From: Octopus bimaculoides
Lineage: Eukaryota
NCBI RefSeq assembly: GCF_001194135.2
Contig: NC_068990.1
Location: 45,426,361-45,490,360 of the forward strand
Length of the DNA: 64,000 nucleotides
Direction: 5' to 3'
A program made the position numbers and the translations under genes. Below the pieces are notes generated by a model. The model searched no databases, was not told the origin of the DNA, and worked only from the letters and a program-made list of their open reading frames with translations. This document shows, in pieces, positions 12,346 to 25,528 of this stretch. Positions within the stretch are counted from its first letter, which is position 1. The number at the start of each line of letters is the position of its first letter.

Positions 12346-12491
12346 TATTATGTTTGCTTGTAGGTTGACAACTGAAAACATTAAATAAAATTGATAATAT
12401 TTCAGGTTTTTCATGTCATTTCAATTAATTTGACCATTCTGCAGATAACTGTGCATTTATTTTCTGCAAATGGAATGGGGGTGGGCTAGTC

Positions 12492-14801
12492 CAGTGATTC
12501 CAAACGAGGTCCCTGGGGCCCATCGGTGGTCCCCAGCGAATTCGTAGCCATAAAAAAATTGAAGCCATTTCAGATCTATGCAATATTGTTCGATAATAAA
12601 GACACTGTTAGTTAATAATTTATATGAAGACAGAATAATAATAAGAAAACAAAATTCAATAATTATTCCATAAGAATCAATAATGTATAATATATAATCA
12701 ATAATATATTACAGTCAAGAATTAAAATTTTACAATCACAACAGTTTCATAATAAATTTGATATTTTTAATAGAATCATTACAATTTTTTTAAGATCAGT
12801 TGTAATAATGTCTGAACCAACTGCTAAAAAGGTAAAACTGAGGAACTACAAAGATTTTATCATGTTTGGTTTTGTATCTGTAAACTCAAAACCTATGTGC
12901 CTTGAATGTGATGCCATCATGACAAATCTTGTCCATGAAGAAAGTTAGGCTGGAACAGCACCAGAAATTAAGGCATCCATCATCTGTTGGTAAAGGTAGT
13001 GAATATTTTGAGAATAAAAAAAAATACAGCCAATCAAACTTCCCAACTTTGTAAAGAAGATAAATACTGAAAAAGCAAAGACACTCAAACCAAGTTATTT
13101 GGCCTCTGAAATTATTGCTAAGGTTGCAGCACCTCAGATTTATGGTGAGAAACTTGTCAAGCCTACTATGATAGCTTGTGCAAGTGAGGTTCTGGGAAAA
13201 GATGCTGCATCTACTCTAAACAACACAATTACAAGAAGACAGAATGAAATGTCTAATTTTGTCGAGAAGATTGTGGAAATTCTCCAAGACAAATTTTTCT
13301 ATCCAGGTTGATGATAACACAACTCATAACCAAGCTATCCTTCTGGTCTATGTCAGATTCGTCCATGAAGATGATATAAGGGAAGAATTGTTATTCATTA
13401 AAAGTTTATCAGAAACTACTAATGGAGAAGATATATTCAGTGAAGTAATGCAGTATTTTAATGGTAAAGATATTCCATTGACTAATTTGATCAACATTGC
13501 ATGAGATGGAGTTGCGGCCATGACTGGAAAAGTGAAAGGCTTTGTTTCTAGAATGAAATCAGTTGCTCATCTCATTTTTTTAATATACATTGCATTATCC
13601 ACAGACAGCATTTGGTTGCTAAGAATATTGGAGGACACATGGAAGAAGCACTCAACACTGCCATACATGCAATTAACTTTATCAAATCAAACTCAGTGAA
13701 TAATAGATTTTTTAATGCAATTCTGTGAAGATGAAGATTTAAAAACCCTATTGCTTCACACAGAAGTAAGGTGGTTGTCAAAAGGCCTGAGCTTTGAAAG
13801 ACTAGTGAATTTGTGGGAACCCATTAATCAACTTTCTCATGTTCAAGAGTCAGATGACTCATTACAACCCCAAGAAGGAAGCTGATACAGCTAAGAAAAT
13901 TTTGGAAAGACTTTCTGAGTTTAATTCAAAAATATTCTACTTGAGTGATATTTTTAAAACAGTGAATCTGCTTAACTTAGAGCTGCAAGGTAGAAAATCA
14001 GATTTGGTCACCTGTTCTCAGAAGATAAAAGGGTATATGGGGAAATTAAAATTTTGGAAAAAACAGTTTGAAAAAAAAAAAATTGGCATCATTTCAAAAT
14101 TTTAACACTACTGTTCCTACATCAGAATGCATTGCTGCATGCATTGCCCATCTTGAAGGTCTTCATGTAGACTTTCAGAGAAGATACAATGATTTATTAA
14201 AGATGGATTATCCACTCTGGTTTGTAGACCTAGAAAATTATGAGCCAGGAGACGAAAATTCTGAGTTGGCTGAAATGTTGGATTTGAAAGAGAATATGAA
14301 ACTGAGAAGAAGAGTTGAAAAAGAAGGTGTCGTTGCCTTCATATCGATGAAGGAATCACACCCAAATATTTTTCGACATGTAGAAGCAAGCATCATTTCT
14401 TTCCCTACCACATGGATGGTGGAATCTGCATTCTCAGCTGTTGTAGATATTTTAAGTAGAGAAAGAAATAGATTAGATGTCAACAGCAGAGGAACTATCA
14501 GACTAAGACTAAATGAGTTCATTAAAATTGATTATGATATCTTGTGTCAGAAACACCAATATCAAGTTAGTCACTAGTTGAATGGACTAAAAGTGAACGA
14601 TTTTATGAAAAAATGATTTTGATATCTTGTGTTTATCTTTGTTTACTAAAATAAATTTTAAAGTATAAATAAACTATTTTGTCTTTTCATGAAGTATTTT
14701 AGTGTGAAAATAGAACAGCATAAAGTAAAAGTAGAAGTGGTCCCTAGAAATTTTTTCAAGTAAAAAATGGTCCCTGGGCTGAAAAAGGTAGGGAACCATT
14801 G
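12492..14801 (+). mobile_element. Full-length hAT (Charlie/Buster-type) DNA transposon, 2310 bp, inactive
   Basis: TIRs CAGTGATTCCAAAC / CAATGGTTCCCTACC; TSD ggctagtc / agctagtt with the NNCTAGNN pattern typical of Charlie elements. Confidence 0.9.
12808..14577 (+). pseudogene. hAT transposase pseudogene (ZBED5/Buster-like)
   Basis: MSEPTAKKVKLRNY...KPMCLEC (BED-like start), FSIQVDD..LLVYVRF, DGVAAMTG, HCIIHRQHL, HTEVRWLSKG, FPTTWMVESAFS; several frameshifts and stops. Confidence 0.9.
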
Positions 14802-15177
14802 AGCTAGTTGGTGGTGTGTTAGCTCCTATTTCTAGCAATTAGCATACTGTGCATTTGACTGTAGGCTTTTTATACATGCTGCATACCTACACAGGAGTGC
14901 CCTACCGAATTTGTTCCTTCATAACTTTAGGGAAAATGGGTATTTTTGAGTAAAATTTTCTACAAATATGCTTCTAATGGTGTAGATTGCAACTATATCA
15001 GAATTTGTTGTGAAAACGTTTTGTCGCTTCCATCAAAGCAGGATCGTTTGAACTCTCTGAAACTGCTCTCTCTTGACTTGTGGAAAATGTTTTTCACAAC
15101 AAATTCCAATATAATTGGAATCTATCAACTTTCTTCTTCTGTCCAGTAAAATAAGTAATATTTATAATAATATGGCA

Positions 15178-16213
15178 GAGATAAAGATCATGGATTGTAC
15201 CCGCTTTGGGATTTTTTTTTTTTTTTTTTTACAGGAACGCTCTCTATCGAAGGCGGAGATTCTGAATCTGCAAAAAAATCTGCATTTCAAAATTTAAATT
15301 TCCTCCCACCCCCAATTTCTTAAATTTTCCCTTTTTAAAAAAATTTTTGGGGGCAAAATACGTAGAGAAATATGGAGATTAATGATTCTGAAAAAAAAAT
15401 TGTAAAATTTCAATTTTTCAAAAAAATAAATAAACATCCCCCTCCCATCTGCTCTATGACAAAAAGTGAAATTAAAGTGTTTTNNNNNNNNNNNNNNNNN
15501 NNNNNNNNNNNNNNNNNNNNNNNNNNNNNNNNNNNNNNNNNNNNNNNNNNNNNNNNNNNNNNNNNNNNNNNNNNNNNNNNNNNNNNNNNNNNNNNNNNNN
15601 NNNNNNNNNNNNNNNNNNNNNNNNNNNNNNNNNNNNNNNNNNNNNNNNNNNNNNNNNNNNNNNNNNNNNNNNNNNNNNNNNNNNNNNNNNNNNNNNNNNN
15701 NNNNNNNNNNNNNNNNNNNNNNNNNNNNNNNNNNNNNNNNNNNNNNNNNNNNNNNNNNNNNNNNNNNNNNNNNNNNNNNNNNNNNNNNNNNNNNNNNNNN
15801 NNNNNNNNNNNNNNNNNNNNNNNNNNNNNNNNNNNNNNNNNNNNNNNNNNNNNNNNNNNNNNNNNNNNNNNNNNNNNNNNNNNNNNNNNNNNNNNNNNNN
15901 NNNNNNNNNNNNNNNNNNNNNNNNNNNNNNNNNNNNNNATTTATTTATTTTTTTTTAAATTGAAGTTTTACAAATTTTTTTTTTCACAATCATAATCTCC
16001 GTATTTTTCTATGTATTCCCCCCACCCCCCACAAAGTTTTTTTTAACAAGTGAAAGTTTAAGAAATGGGTGGGAGATGGGGCAATTAAAATTTTGAAATG
16101 CGTTTTTTTTCTTTTTGCAGATTCGGAATCTCTGCCATCGATATAGTGTGTTTCCGTAAAAAAAAAAAAAAAAAAAAAATCTCAAACGGGGTGCAGTCTA
16201 TGATCTTTACCTC
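15178..16213. mobile_element. Foldback/MULE-like element with ~270-bp terminal inverted repeats; centre in gap 15484-15938
   Basis: Left gagataaagatcatggattgtacccgc.. matches the reverse complement of the right end gaggtaaagatcatagactgcacccc..; arms are roughly 80% identical by eye. No TSD found. Confidence 0.7.
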
Positions 16214-17382
16214 TCTCTACCTATTAATATAAAGTAACAGAGCTTGAAATAGGAAAAAAATATTTTGCACAAATAACAAACATGGCACAATACACTATGA
16301 CATTGACAAACAACTTTGGTGCTCGGGCACTATAAAAATCTTGTTGTCTTGAGGTAGCATGTCCAACGAAAAATAGCATGAACCAACAAAATGGATCCTG
16401 GTGTGAATTATAGAGAGCAGAAGCACTTGTATGTAAATTAAGGTACTGTAATTACATGAAGTAATAAATCTCTTTACCTGTGAGCAAGCACACAGATCCA
16501 AATGAAGAAAGAATTCCTTGAAAATAGCCACTATACTCTAAATCCCTTCAAACTACATTAGACAGCCATGATGGAAGTGATAAAAACAAACTCTTCCTGG
16601 CAGAAATATCCTGATTCGATACAGGAAAACAGAAAGGAAAGTACAACCAGAAATACAAATCAAATTATGTAGATTTGAAGATATGGAGGGGTTCAGAATA
16701 TGTTCTGTTGAGATTGTTAGTGTGGATAGATGAGAATGCCAGTGAAGAACATTAACAAATAACCAAAGAATGAAGAATATTGTTGTATGGCAGAGAAATG
16801 AAGAAAGAAAAACTGACGTTAACCTCAAGCTGTCTGGAACTACTGACTGCTTGTCTAAGAAAAGTGTTCTATTCTGTATTGTCCGGAGCGAATGACTGTG
16901 GTCTGTGACTGAAGGCAAAATGTTGGAGTGAAATCTAAATTACAGTTTCTCTTCTTAAGCTAGGCAGCCAAATGAACCAAACTGATCTACAGATATAAAT
17001 ATAAAACGAATTAAAGAAATATAATAATGCTATTAAAGTGCAGCTTACATTTTGTTATCTCCCCCAAAAGGAAGAAAGGCTAAGTCAACCATGACAGAAT
17101 TTGAACTCAGAACACAAAGAGCTAGATGAAATGCTACTAAGCATTTTGTCTAATGCACTAATGATTATTCTTGCCAGCTAACTGCCTTCCTATCTCAGTT
17201 CAATATAAGTTTCTGTTGTTTTTATTAAAGGAATGTCTTTACAGCGTCTCATACTCTAAACCTACATGTTCATCAAGTAATATATCCAGACAATACCTGC
17301 CACATCACAATTGTGTTATTACTTCTATGAGGGAGGTGAATTTCATTTCCTTGTCTTCCTCCTCATTATTATTATCATTATT

Positions 17383-17610
17383 AAGGCGGTGTGCTGGCAG
17401 AATTATTAGCATGCCGGGCAAAATGCTAAGCGGTATTTCATCTGTCTTTACATTTTGAGTTCAAATTCCACTGAGGTTGACTTTGCCTTTCATCTTTTTG
17501 GGGTCGAGGAAATAAGTACCAGTTATGTACTGGGGTTGATATAATCGACTAGCCCTCACCCTAAAATTTCAGGCCTTGTGCTTTTAGTAGAAAGGATTAT
17601 TATTATTATT
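17383..17610 (+). mobile_element. Full-length (TTA)n-tailed tRNA SINE
   Basis: aaggcggtgtgctggcagaatt..gagttcaaattcc..gttgactttgcctttcatc..gtagaaaggattattatt; (TTA)n on both sides. Confidence 0.85.
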
Positions 17611-17614
17611 GTTG

Positions 17615-18500
17615 TTCTGATGAGGTTGGACTTCCTCATCATGTTTTTTACTTTCTTTGTTTTCTGTTGTGGTTCATTTTCTTTTTTAAGTATTTTTTTA
17701 AACATTTTAGTGTTCTCTTAATAGTTTGGAAATTTTTTCCACCACCATCTCCTTCTTGTCGCAAAACTACATTTGGTTAGTGTTGTGGCAATTGGGTTTG
17801 CTGCTATTGCAGTGGACACATTTCTTTCACCACTGGGCATGGGTGATGTATAACAACTAAGCCATTTGATCTGCATCATCAGTCTCACTGGTCTTTTTTC
17901 TGTGCTAATGACTGGGCACAGTTCTCTAATGGCCTTGTGGTTTTGCAGGGTGAAAAGGATTTGCAAGTCCATACTGACCACATGTCATTTCTCATTACTT
18001 TGGCTCTCACATTCTACTCATCTTGTGCCCAAAAGGTAACAATGTACCAGAGGTGCATGCTATTGGTACTATCTTTAACTGCCACCTTTCTTTTCAGATG
18101 ACCAGGTATTTAGCATAAATGTATAGGTGGGTGTGAATTTTACCACTTCAAAATGTCTCTTTGCATCATCCTCAGTCCTGAAAAGTGGGCAGATAGTACA
18201 GATATTTTAGTTTGTTTGATAGACTAAATACTATTCCATATATTAGCAAGAACTTGTGTCAGTTCATTTTTAGAGGGCACACAAAATGCCCTCCTGTTTT
18301 TGTAAGGCATAAGTACATTAGCTTTTTCCTTCCTGCTCTGCAGAAATTCTTGGGACTAGGAACGTTTATTGTAATACAGTTCTGTCAAACTTCTTCTACC
18401 AACAAAACCCCACAGAAATACAGAGATTACTTGTTTGATGAGATATTTGCTAAAATATGTGTGGAAAAATATCTGTTGTTATTGTTGTTGCTAGTATTAC
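17615..18500 (-). pseudogene. Possible decayed LINE ORF1 (gag-like) relic
   Basis: Minus-strand frames give FRTEDDAKRHF, a CGQYG knuckle-like piece and KCVHC after an Asn-rich start; heavily disrupted. Confidence 0.3.
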
Positions 18501-19220
18501 TGTTATTCTTGCATAAGCCTTCAAATAAACTTATATTTATTTCAAATGTTTGTATTTTCATTTATAATCGTTTCCTGTTTTTCTGTGTTGTCTGTACAAA
18601 TGTTTTTGTTTGATGAAGTTTTGTATATTGTTGTTGTTGCTATTTAGTCATCATGTCAAAATACAATAGACATTAAAACAAAGTAGATCAAAAAGGTTCA
18701 AATTAAATCTTTTACTTTAAAGAGACAAGAAAAAAAAAAAAGAAATATGTTCTGTAATAATTGTCACATAAAAATAGAAACATTTCCATGCTTAGAATAT
18801 TCTTAATAATCCAAAACTTTCAGAGTAAAGAAACAATGTATGGCATGGCAAAAATAAGCAAAAATAATAATTTTCTCCTTTACATAGACACAATGCCAGC
18901 ACTATTAAGGGGAGGAGGGCTAGTTGATGTCATCACCTTCAGTTCTTGACTTGAGCTTTATTTAATCAGTCCCAAATCTATCTACTTAATTCACTCACGA
19001 GGCATTAATCAACCCAGAGCTATGGTGGAAGACACTTGATCAAGGTGTCATGCAGTGGGACTGAACCTGAAACTCTATGATTGAAAACTGAGCTTCTTAA
19101 CCACAGCTATGCCTGTACCTCATTTTATCAACTTTCAAAGGATGAAAAGTAAAGTTGCCTTTTGAACTCAAAATGTAGTAGATCATTGTAAAATTCCACA
19201 TGGTATTTTATCTGACATAC

Positions 19221-19412
19221 TCTTTTACTCTTTTACTTGTTTCAGTCATTTGACTGCGGCCATGCTGGAGCACCGCCTTTAGTCGAGAAAATCGACCCCG
19301 GGACTTATTCTTTGTAAGCCTAGTACTTATTCTATCAGTCCCTTTTGGTCGAACCGCTAAGTTACAGGGACGTAAACACACCAGCATCGGTTGTCAAGTG
19401 ATGGTGGGGGGA

Positions 19413-19468
<56 letters not shown>

Positions 19469-19641
19469 CACATATATATACGACAGGCTTCTTTCAGTTT
19501 CCGTCTACCAAATCCACTCACAAGGCTTTGGTCGGCCCAAGGCTATAGTAGAAGACACTTGCCCAAGGTGCCACACTGTGGGACTGAACCCGGAACCATG
19601 TGGTTGGTAAGCAAGCTACTTACCACAGCCACTCCTGCGCC
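19221..19641 (-). mobile_element. Full-length CORE-type SINE (young)
   Basis: Same architecture as 2615-3046, with many CpGs retained. Confidence 0.9.
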
Positions 19642-19997
19642 TATGTAAATAATTTTGATATTCTCCTTCATTAATTTGGTTTTTGTTGTGAATATATTGA
19701 TGTATGAATGTGTGTGTGTGTGTGTGTGTGTGTTTGTGTGTGTGTGGTTATATGTGTATATATGTGTGTGCATGCATGTATATACCTGTGCATATGTGTG
19801 TGTGTGTGTGTTCATTGAAAAACAATTCTAAATGTTTTTCTTCAAAATTAGATTTGGAATAGTTTCCTGAAGATGGAATGGAAATATTTCAAATATGATT
19901 TCAAAGAAAACATGTCAGAATTTGCTTCCAGATAACTGCATACCTACCTTATCACTGAGTAAACACACATACTCATATGCGCGCGCGTGCGTGCACA

Positions 19998-20039
<42 letters not shown>

Positions 20040-20571
20040 CCATACACACACTAGCACATACACACACTAGCACATACACACATGCACACACACATGCATG
20101 CGTGCACGCACACACACACACACACACACAGAGGCAGCGAATTAGCAGAAGCTTTAGAAGAACATCAGATGAAATGACTTGTTATATTTATTCCAACATC
20201 TTGCCTTCTGAGTTCAATTCCTACTGAGGTCAACTTTACCTTTCATACTTTCAGGGTCAATAGATAAGATACCAGTCAAGAGCAGTGGACTGGAATCATT
20301 AGAGCATTGGGTGGGGTGAGGGTAAGATATTCATTCTTCCCTTTGCATTCTGAGTTCATATCCCACTGTGGTCTATTAGGGTAGTAGACTTAGTCCATCA
20401 TTTGTTTTAGCACCACTTCCTGGCAGTGGGGTGCCTTAAGTGGAGTTCATTATGCTGCATACATTTGATCTAGGTCTTCAGTTTAAAAATACTTCTTTCT
20501 GACCCTCTGGTTTCAAAGACTCTGTGCAGGGTTATGGGCACAGCCCTCTCTTCTGACTAAACTGTCTTATC

Positions 20572-21170
20572 TTTTATCTTTTATTTGTTTCAGTCATTCG
20601 ACTCCAGCCAGACTGGGACATTGCCTTGAAATGTTTTACTCAAACAAATCTACCCCATTACTTATTATTTTTTTCTTAGTCTTGCACTTATTCTATCAGT
20701 CTCTTTTTGATGAACTGCTGAGTTATGGGGACGTAAACAAACCAACACCAGTTGTCAGATGGTGGTGAACAAACACAAATATACACACACACATGCACAC
20801 ATCTACTATTTTGTTAAAGCTTAAAAGACTTCACAAACTGTTACTCAAAGTTTCACATAACTGGTCATCAGACAGTTGTGATAATAAAGACTGAAAAACT
20901 TGTCTTCAAATAAATTTTTTCCACCTTGTTTTGCACCTATGTGCTTACTTGTGTGTGTGTGTGTGTGTGTGTGTGTTTGTCTGTGTTTATATATATATAT
21001 ATATTTGATGGGCTTCTTTTAGTTTCTGTCTTCCAAATCTACTAACAAGGTTTTGGTCAGCCTGGGACTATAATAAAAGACACTTGTCCAAGGTTACACA
21101 TAGTGGGACCAAACCTGAAACCATATAGTTGGAAAACAAACTTTTTATCATGCATCCACAATTGCACCTA
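20572..21170 (-). mobile_element. Diverged CORE-type SINE with internal insertion
   Basis: Tail at 20572-20790 and head at ~21005-21165. Confidence 0.6.
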
Positions 21171-21641
21171 TATATAGAAACGCACACACATACACATGTT
21201 CAACCAAATAACAAGAACAATTCATACTAAATATAAAAAAAAACATGAAGTAAACTAAAAAAACATGAAGGGACTGACATTTCCATTATCAGAAAAACTG
21301 CCCAACCTACACATGCCTTTCCTGAACACTAAACATATAATATGTATATTGAAAAAATAAGATGAAAATGCTTAGAGAACTTTATCATAGAAAGAAAATA
21401 TGTATTGGTTTTGGTCGTTTAAGACTACCTCTTCATGCTAGAATAAAATGGAAAGAAATTAAACTTACATAATATAAGACTGAAAACTGGTTCATATTTT
21501 CTTTCTATTTTTCATGATAAAAGTTCTCTAAGCATTTTTGCCTTTTTATTCTTTCAATATATATTTGCTTGTGTGTTTCTTCTTAACATTTTAAAGATTA
21601 TATAATTTCATATATGGAAAGCAGATGCTAAGTGATGATGA

Positions 21642-21702
<61 letters not shown>

Positions 21703-21709
21703 CTATTTT

Positions 21710-22005
21710 TTATCTTTTACTTGTTTCAGTCATTAGACTGCGGCCATGCTGGGGTATCACCTTGAAAAATTCTTAGTTGAATGAATTGACCCTCCCCTTT
21801 TTTTAAAGCCTGGTACTTATTCTGTTGATCTCTTTTGCCAAACTGCTAAGTGATGAGGATGTAAACACACCAACACCAGTTGTCAAGCAGTGATGGGGGA
21901 CAAACACAGACTCAGACACACACACACACAATGGGCTTCTTTCAGTTTCTGTGTACCATATCCACTCACAAGGCTTTGGATGGCTTGAGGCTATAGTAGA
22001 AGTGT
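21710..22005 (-). mobile_element. 5'-truncated CORE-type SINE
   Basis: Tail plus gggcttctttcagtttc..gaggctatagtagaag. Confidence 0.75.
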
Positions 22006-23029
22006 GAAACCATTTTTTGTTGTTTGGCTCCATATCAGCTATGTTTAAGAAAAAATATAATCAAAGCCATTCAAAGTGTGACTACCCTATCTTTTCAGAC
22101 ATATAACATCTCGGAACTACATTATTTATTGCATTCTTCTATATTTTAAGACAGTAGTGTGTGATTCAGAGGAGATGTTGGTGCTACTTCTAGCAGGTCA
22201 AGTCTCTGTGTAGAGGTTTTCTTGATAGCTCATTAAATACTAGTAATATAATAAGGTCAATCACATAGGCTATAGAGCTCCTGTGTATGATTTTAAATTA
22301 CATCTGACAGCAGAGCCCTAGTTCAGGAGCCCCAGGTCTTTGAGGAGTGTGGAACTACCTCCTAGCAACTATCGTTCCCAGTTTTACTCTGACCCAGAGT
22401 GGTAGCACCTGTAAAGGTTCCAGTTATGAGTTAATTAGCATATTAAGGCATGCCTACCTATGCATGTAAAGACTGCATCCAGCAGACTCTGCAGAAGAAA
22501 TCTTCTTGGTTTAATTGAGGGAAAGGTAGCTGCAGTAATGCATTGTGGAGTGCAGAGAGTAAAATGCAGCTAAAACAAGACATCTTGGCCATCCTCAGTC
22601 ACATTGACCTAGTCTTGCCACTGGATTGAAGACAGTCATGAATGAGAGTGAGGTGCACAACTCTTCTTCACTTTAAACAAAACCACCACATGAGTCAACA
22701 GTCATCTTTAATGATGACTATTTGGTTCTCATCACTCTGAAGGACAAATATGCAGACCTCATATACAAATTTGAAGCATTGTTCTACCTTTTACTCTTTA
22801 CCCTGTATTAAAGTAAAACATCATTAGAGCATCTGACAAAATACTTCGCAGTATTTGTTCTGGCGCTTTACCTTCTGAGTTCAAATTCCACTGAGTTTAA
22901 CTTTACTTTTCCTCATTCTGGTGTTGATAAAGTATCTATCAGTCAATAAAAATGAGGTTAATAAAATTTACTATACTTTTTTCCACCAAATTTAAGGCCT
23001 TGTGCTTATGCTACAAATCAATACAGCAA

Positions 23030-23475
23030 TATTGGTTTCAACTTTTGACACAAGGCCAGCAATTCTGAGGAGGTGGGTAAGTCAATTACATTGGCCTCAA
23101 TGCTCAACTGGTACTTATTTTATTGACACTCAAAAGGATGAAAAGCAAAGTTGATGTCAGTAGAATTTGAGCATAGAAGGTACAGACGGATGAAATGCCA
23201 CTTAGCATTTTGTCTGGCGTGCTAAAGATTCTTATTTCTTTATTGCCCACAAGGGACTACACATAGGGGGGACAAACAAAGGTATTAAGTCGATTACATC
23301 AACTCCAGTGCATAACTGGTACTTAATTTATCAACCCCGAAAGGATGAAAGGCAAAGTCGACCTCGGCGGATGTTGAACGAAGAACGTAACGGCAGATGA
23401 AATACCGCTAAGCATTTCGCCCGGCGTGCTAACGTTTCAGCCAGCTTGCCGCTAATAATTCTACCCCTCGCTGCC
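23030..23475 (-). mobile_element. Older SINE with a young SINE (23233-23450) nested in its head
   Basis: The host head is split; gctaaagattct (23221-23232) and gctaataattct (23451-23462) flank the insert like a TSD. Confidence 0.75.
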
Positions 23476-23850
23476 CTAATCAATGCAATAATATTACAAA
23501 GACAATGCAGGTATGCTGAAGTCTCCTCACTAGCTTATGTAAGAATGGTGGTGGAGTATTTGAAGGAAGTTTGTCTAATATATCGAGCTTCTATATAGAA
23601 GTTCTGCTACAAAACCATTGAGAATTAGTGTAACACTGAAATGGATTGGATGGTTTTAGTAAAATTAGGAAACACTACATTACCAGCTTACAATTTATTT
23701 CAGTGTAGATTACAATTTTAATCCCTTGGTGGTTTTATCAAATTTAGCAACAGTTTATATCTAGTGGTAATATTTAGCATTCACCCTCATGAAACTTAGC
23801 CTGTTTTAATTATATATATATATTTAATCATATTTATATATTTTATATAT

Positions 23851-24222
23851 TCTTTTATTTGTTTCAGTCATTTGACTGTGGCTGTGCTGGAGCACCGCCT
23901 TTAGTCAAACAAATTGGCCCCAGGACTTATTCTTTGTAAGCCTAGTACTTATTCTATTGGTCTCTTTTGCTGAACCGCTAAGTTACAGAGATGTAAACAC
24001 ACCAACATCGGTTGTCAAGCAATGGTGGGGCTGGCAAACATATACCTCGGTAACACTATATAAAATTTTGTTTCAGTTTCCGTCTACCAAATCCAATCAC
24101 AAAGTTTTTGTCAGCCAGAGGCTGTAGTAGAAGGCACTTGCCCAAGGTGCCATGCAGTGGGACTAAACCCAGAACCATGTGGTTGGGATACAAGCTTCTT
24201 ACCACAGAGCCATGCCTGCACC
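23851..24222 (-). mobile_element. CORE-type SINE
   Basis: Tail tcttttatttgtttcagtc through head accacagagccatgcctgcacc. Confidence 0.85.
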
Positions 24223-24351
24223 TATTAATATTTACCAGAAGCAACAGAGTGACTTAAGTTCTGAGAGTATGGATTATCAGTAGATTATATATCCGAAAAA
24301 GAAGCACGCCCTAAATGTTAGAGCAGTAATCTATTTATAGGAAGTTAGACT

Positions 24352-24852
24352 GGTCATAGGGTAACCAATGGTTTCACATCCATAAAGCACATAACCTTAT
24401 AGACAGCTCGTCAGATCCCAATGGCTGCAGACGTATAACCTCTTTTTAAGCTGGAGATAGAAAAACGTTATAGTCAGTTAATTTTGTATACAAATAATAT
24501 ATTGTTTGAGCTTTAAGTGGGCAGATTTTTGCCCTTAAATCAGTTCTGATCAGCAAATTTTGACAGCCCTAATCAACAATGAGGAATCCTCATCCTCAGA
24601 TTGGTTCCAGTCTACAAATATTTTTTATGGCCCTAATTAATGAATAGGGAATCTCACGCTTGTTGTTGGTAGCATTTAAAATGCAGACAAGGGCTGTAGA
24701 CCTATTTTTTTTTTTTACAAAATTAACTGATTGTAACGTTTTTCTCCAATTTGAGAAGAGGTTGTATGTCTGTGGCCATTGGAGTTTGATGAGTCATCTA
24801 TAAGGCTAAGCACTTTATGGCTCACTCTATGACCATTGGTCACTCTATCATC
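24352..24852. repeat. Old inverted-repeat element (~135-bp diverged arms)
   Basis: 24352-24487 (..ccaatggctgcagacgtataacctc..aaaacgttatagtcagttaattttgta) matches the reverse complement of 24716-24852. Confidence 0.65.
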
Positions 24853-24879
24853 AGCCATATAATTAACTTCCTATAACCA

Positions 24880-25140
24880 TCATCATTTAATGTCTGTTGT
24901 TCATACTAGCATTAGTTGGATGGTTTGACCAGAGCTGGCAAGCGGGGTAGCTGCGCCAGACTCCAGTCTAATTTGGGATGGTTTCTATGGCTGGATGCCC
25001 TTCCTAACACCAACTACTTTACAGAGGGTGCTTTTACATGACGCTGCACAGGCACTTTTATGTGACACTGCATGGGTGCTTTTACATGGCACTGCATGGA
25101 CGCTCTTATGTAACACCGCATGAGTGCTTTACACCACTTA
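24880..25140 (-). mobile_element. RTE LINE 3' UTR fragment
   Basis: catcatcatttaatgtc..ggctggatgcccttcctaac.. Confidence 0.7.
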
Positions 25141-25200
25141 ACACACATACACACACACACACACATTCATATTAAATAATATCTATATATATTTGATATA

Positions 25201-25233
<33 letters not shown>

Positions 25234-25254
25234 ATATTATATTGTATTATATTC

Positions 25255-25493
25255 TTTTATTCTTTTACTTGTTTCAGTCATTTGACTGTAGCCATGCTGG
25301 AACACTGCCTTTAGTTGAACAAATCGACCCTAGGACTTATTCTTTGTAAGCCTAGTTCTTATTCTATCGGTCTCTTTTGTTGAACTGCTAAGTTACGGGG
25401 GTTGTAAACACACCAATATCACTTGTCAAGTGATGGTGGCGAGACACACAGAAGCACAAACATGCACACATATATACATACATACATATATAT

Positions 25494-25528
<35 letters not shown>

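Noticed and set aside
16553-16918. 121-aa minus-strand ORF in non-repeat-looking DNA
   Set aside because: No recognisable motif on either strand and no convincing splice boundaries.
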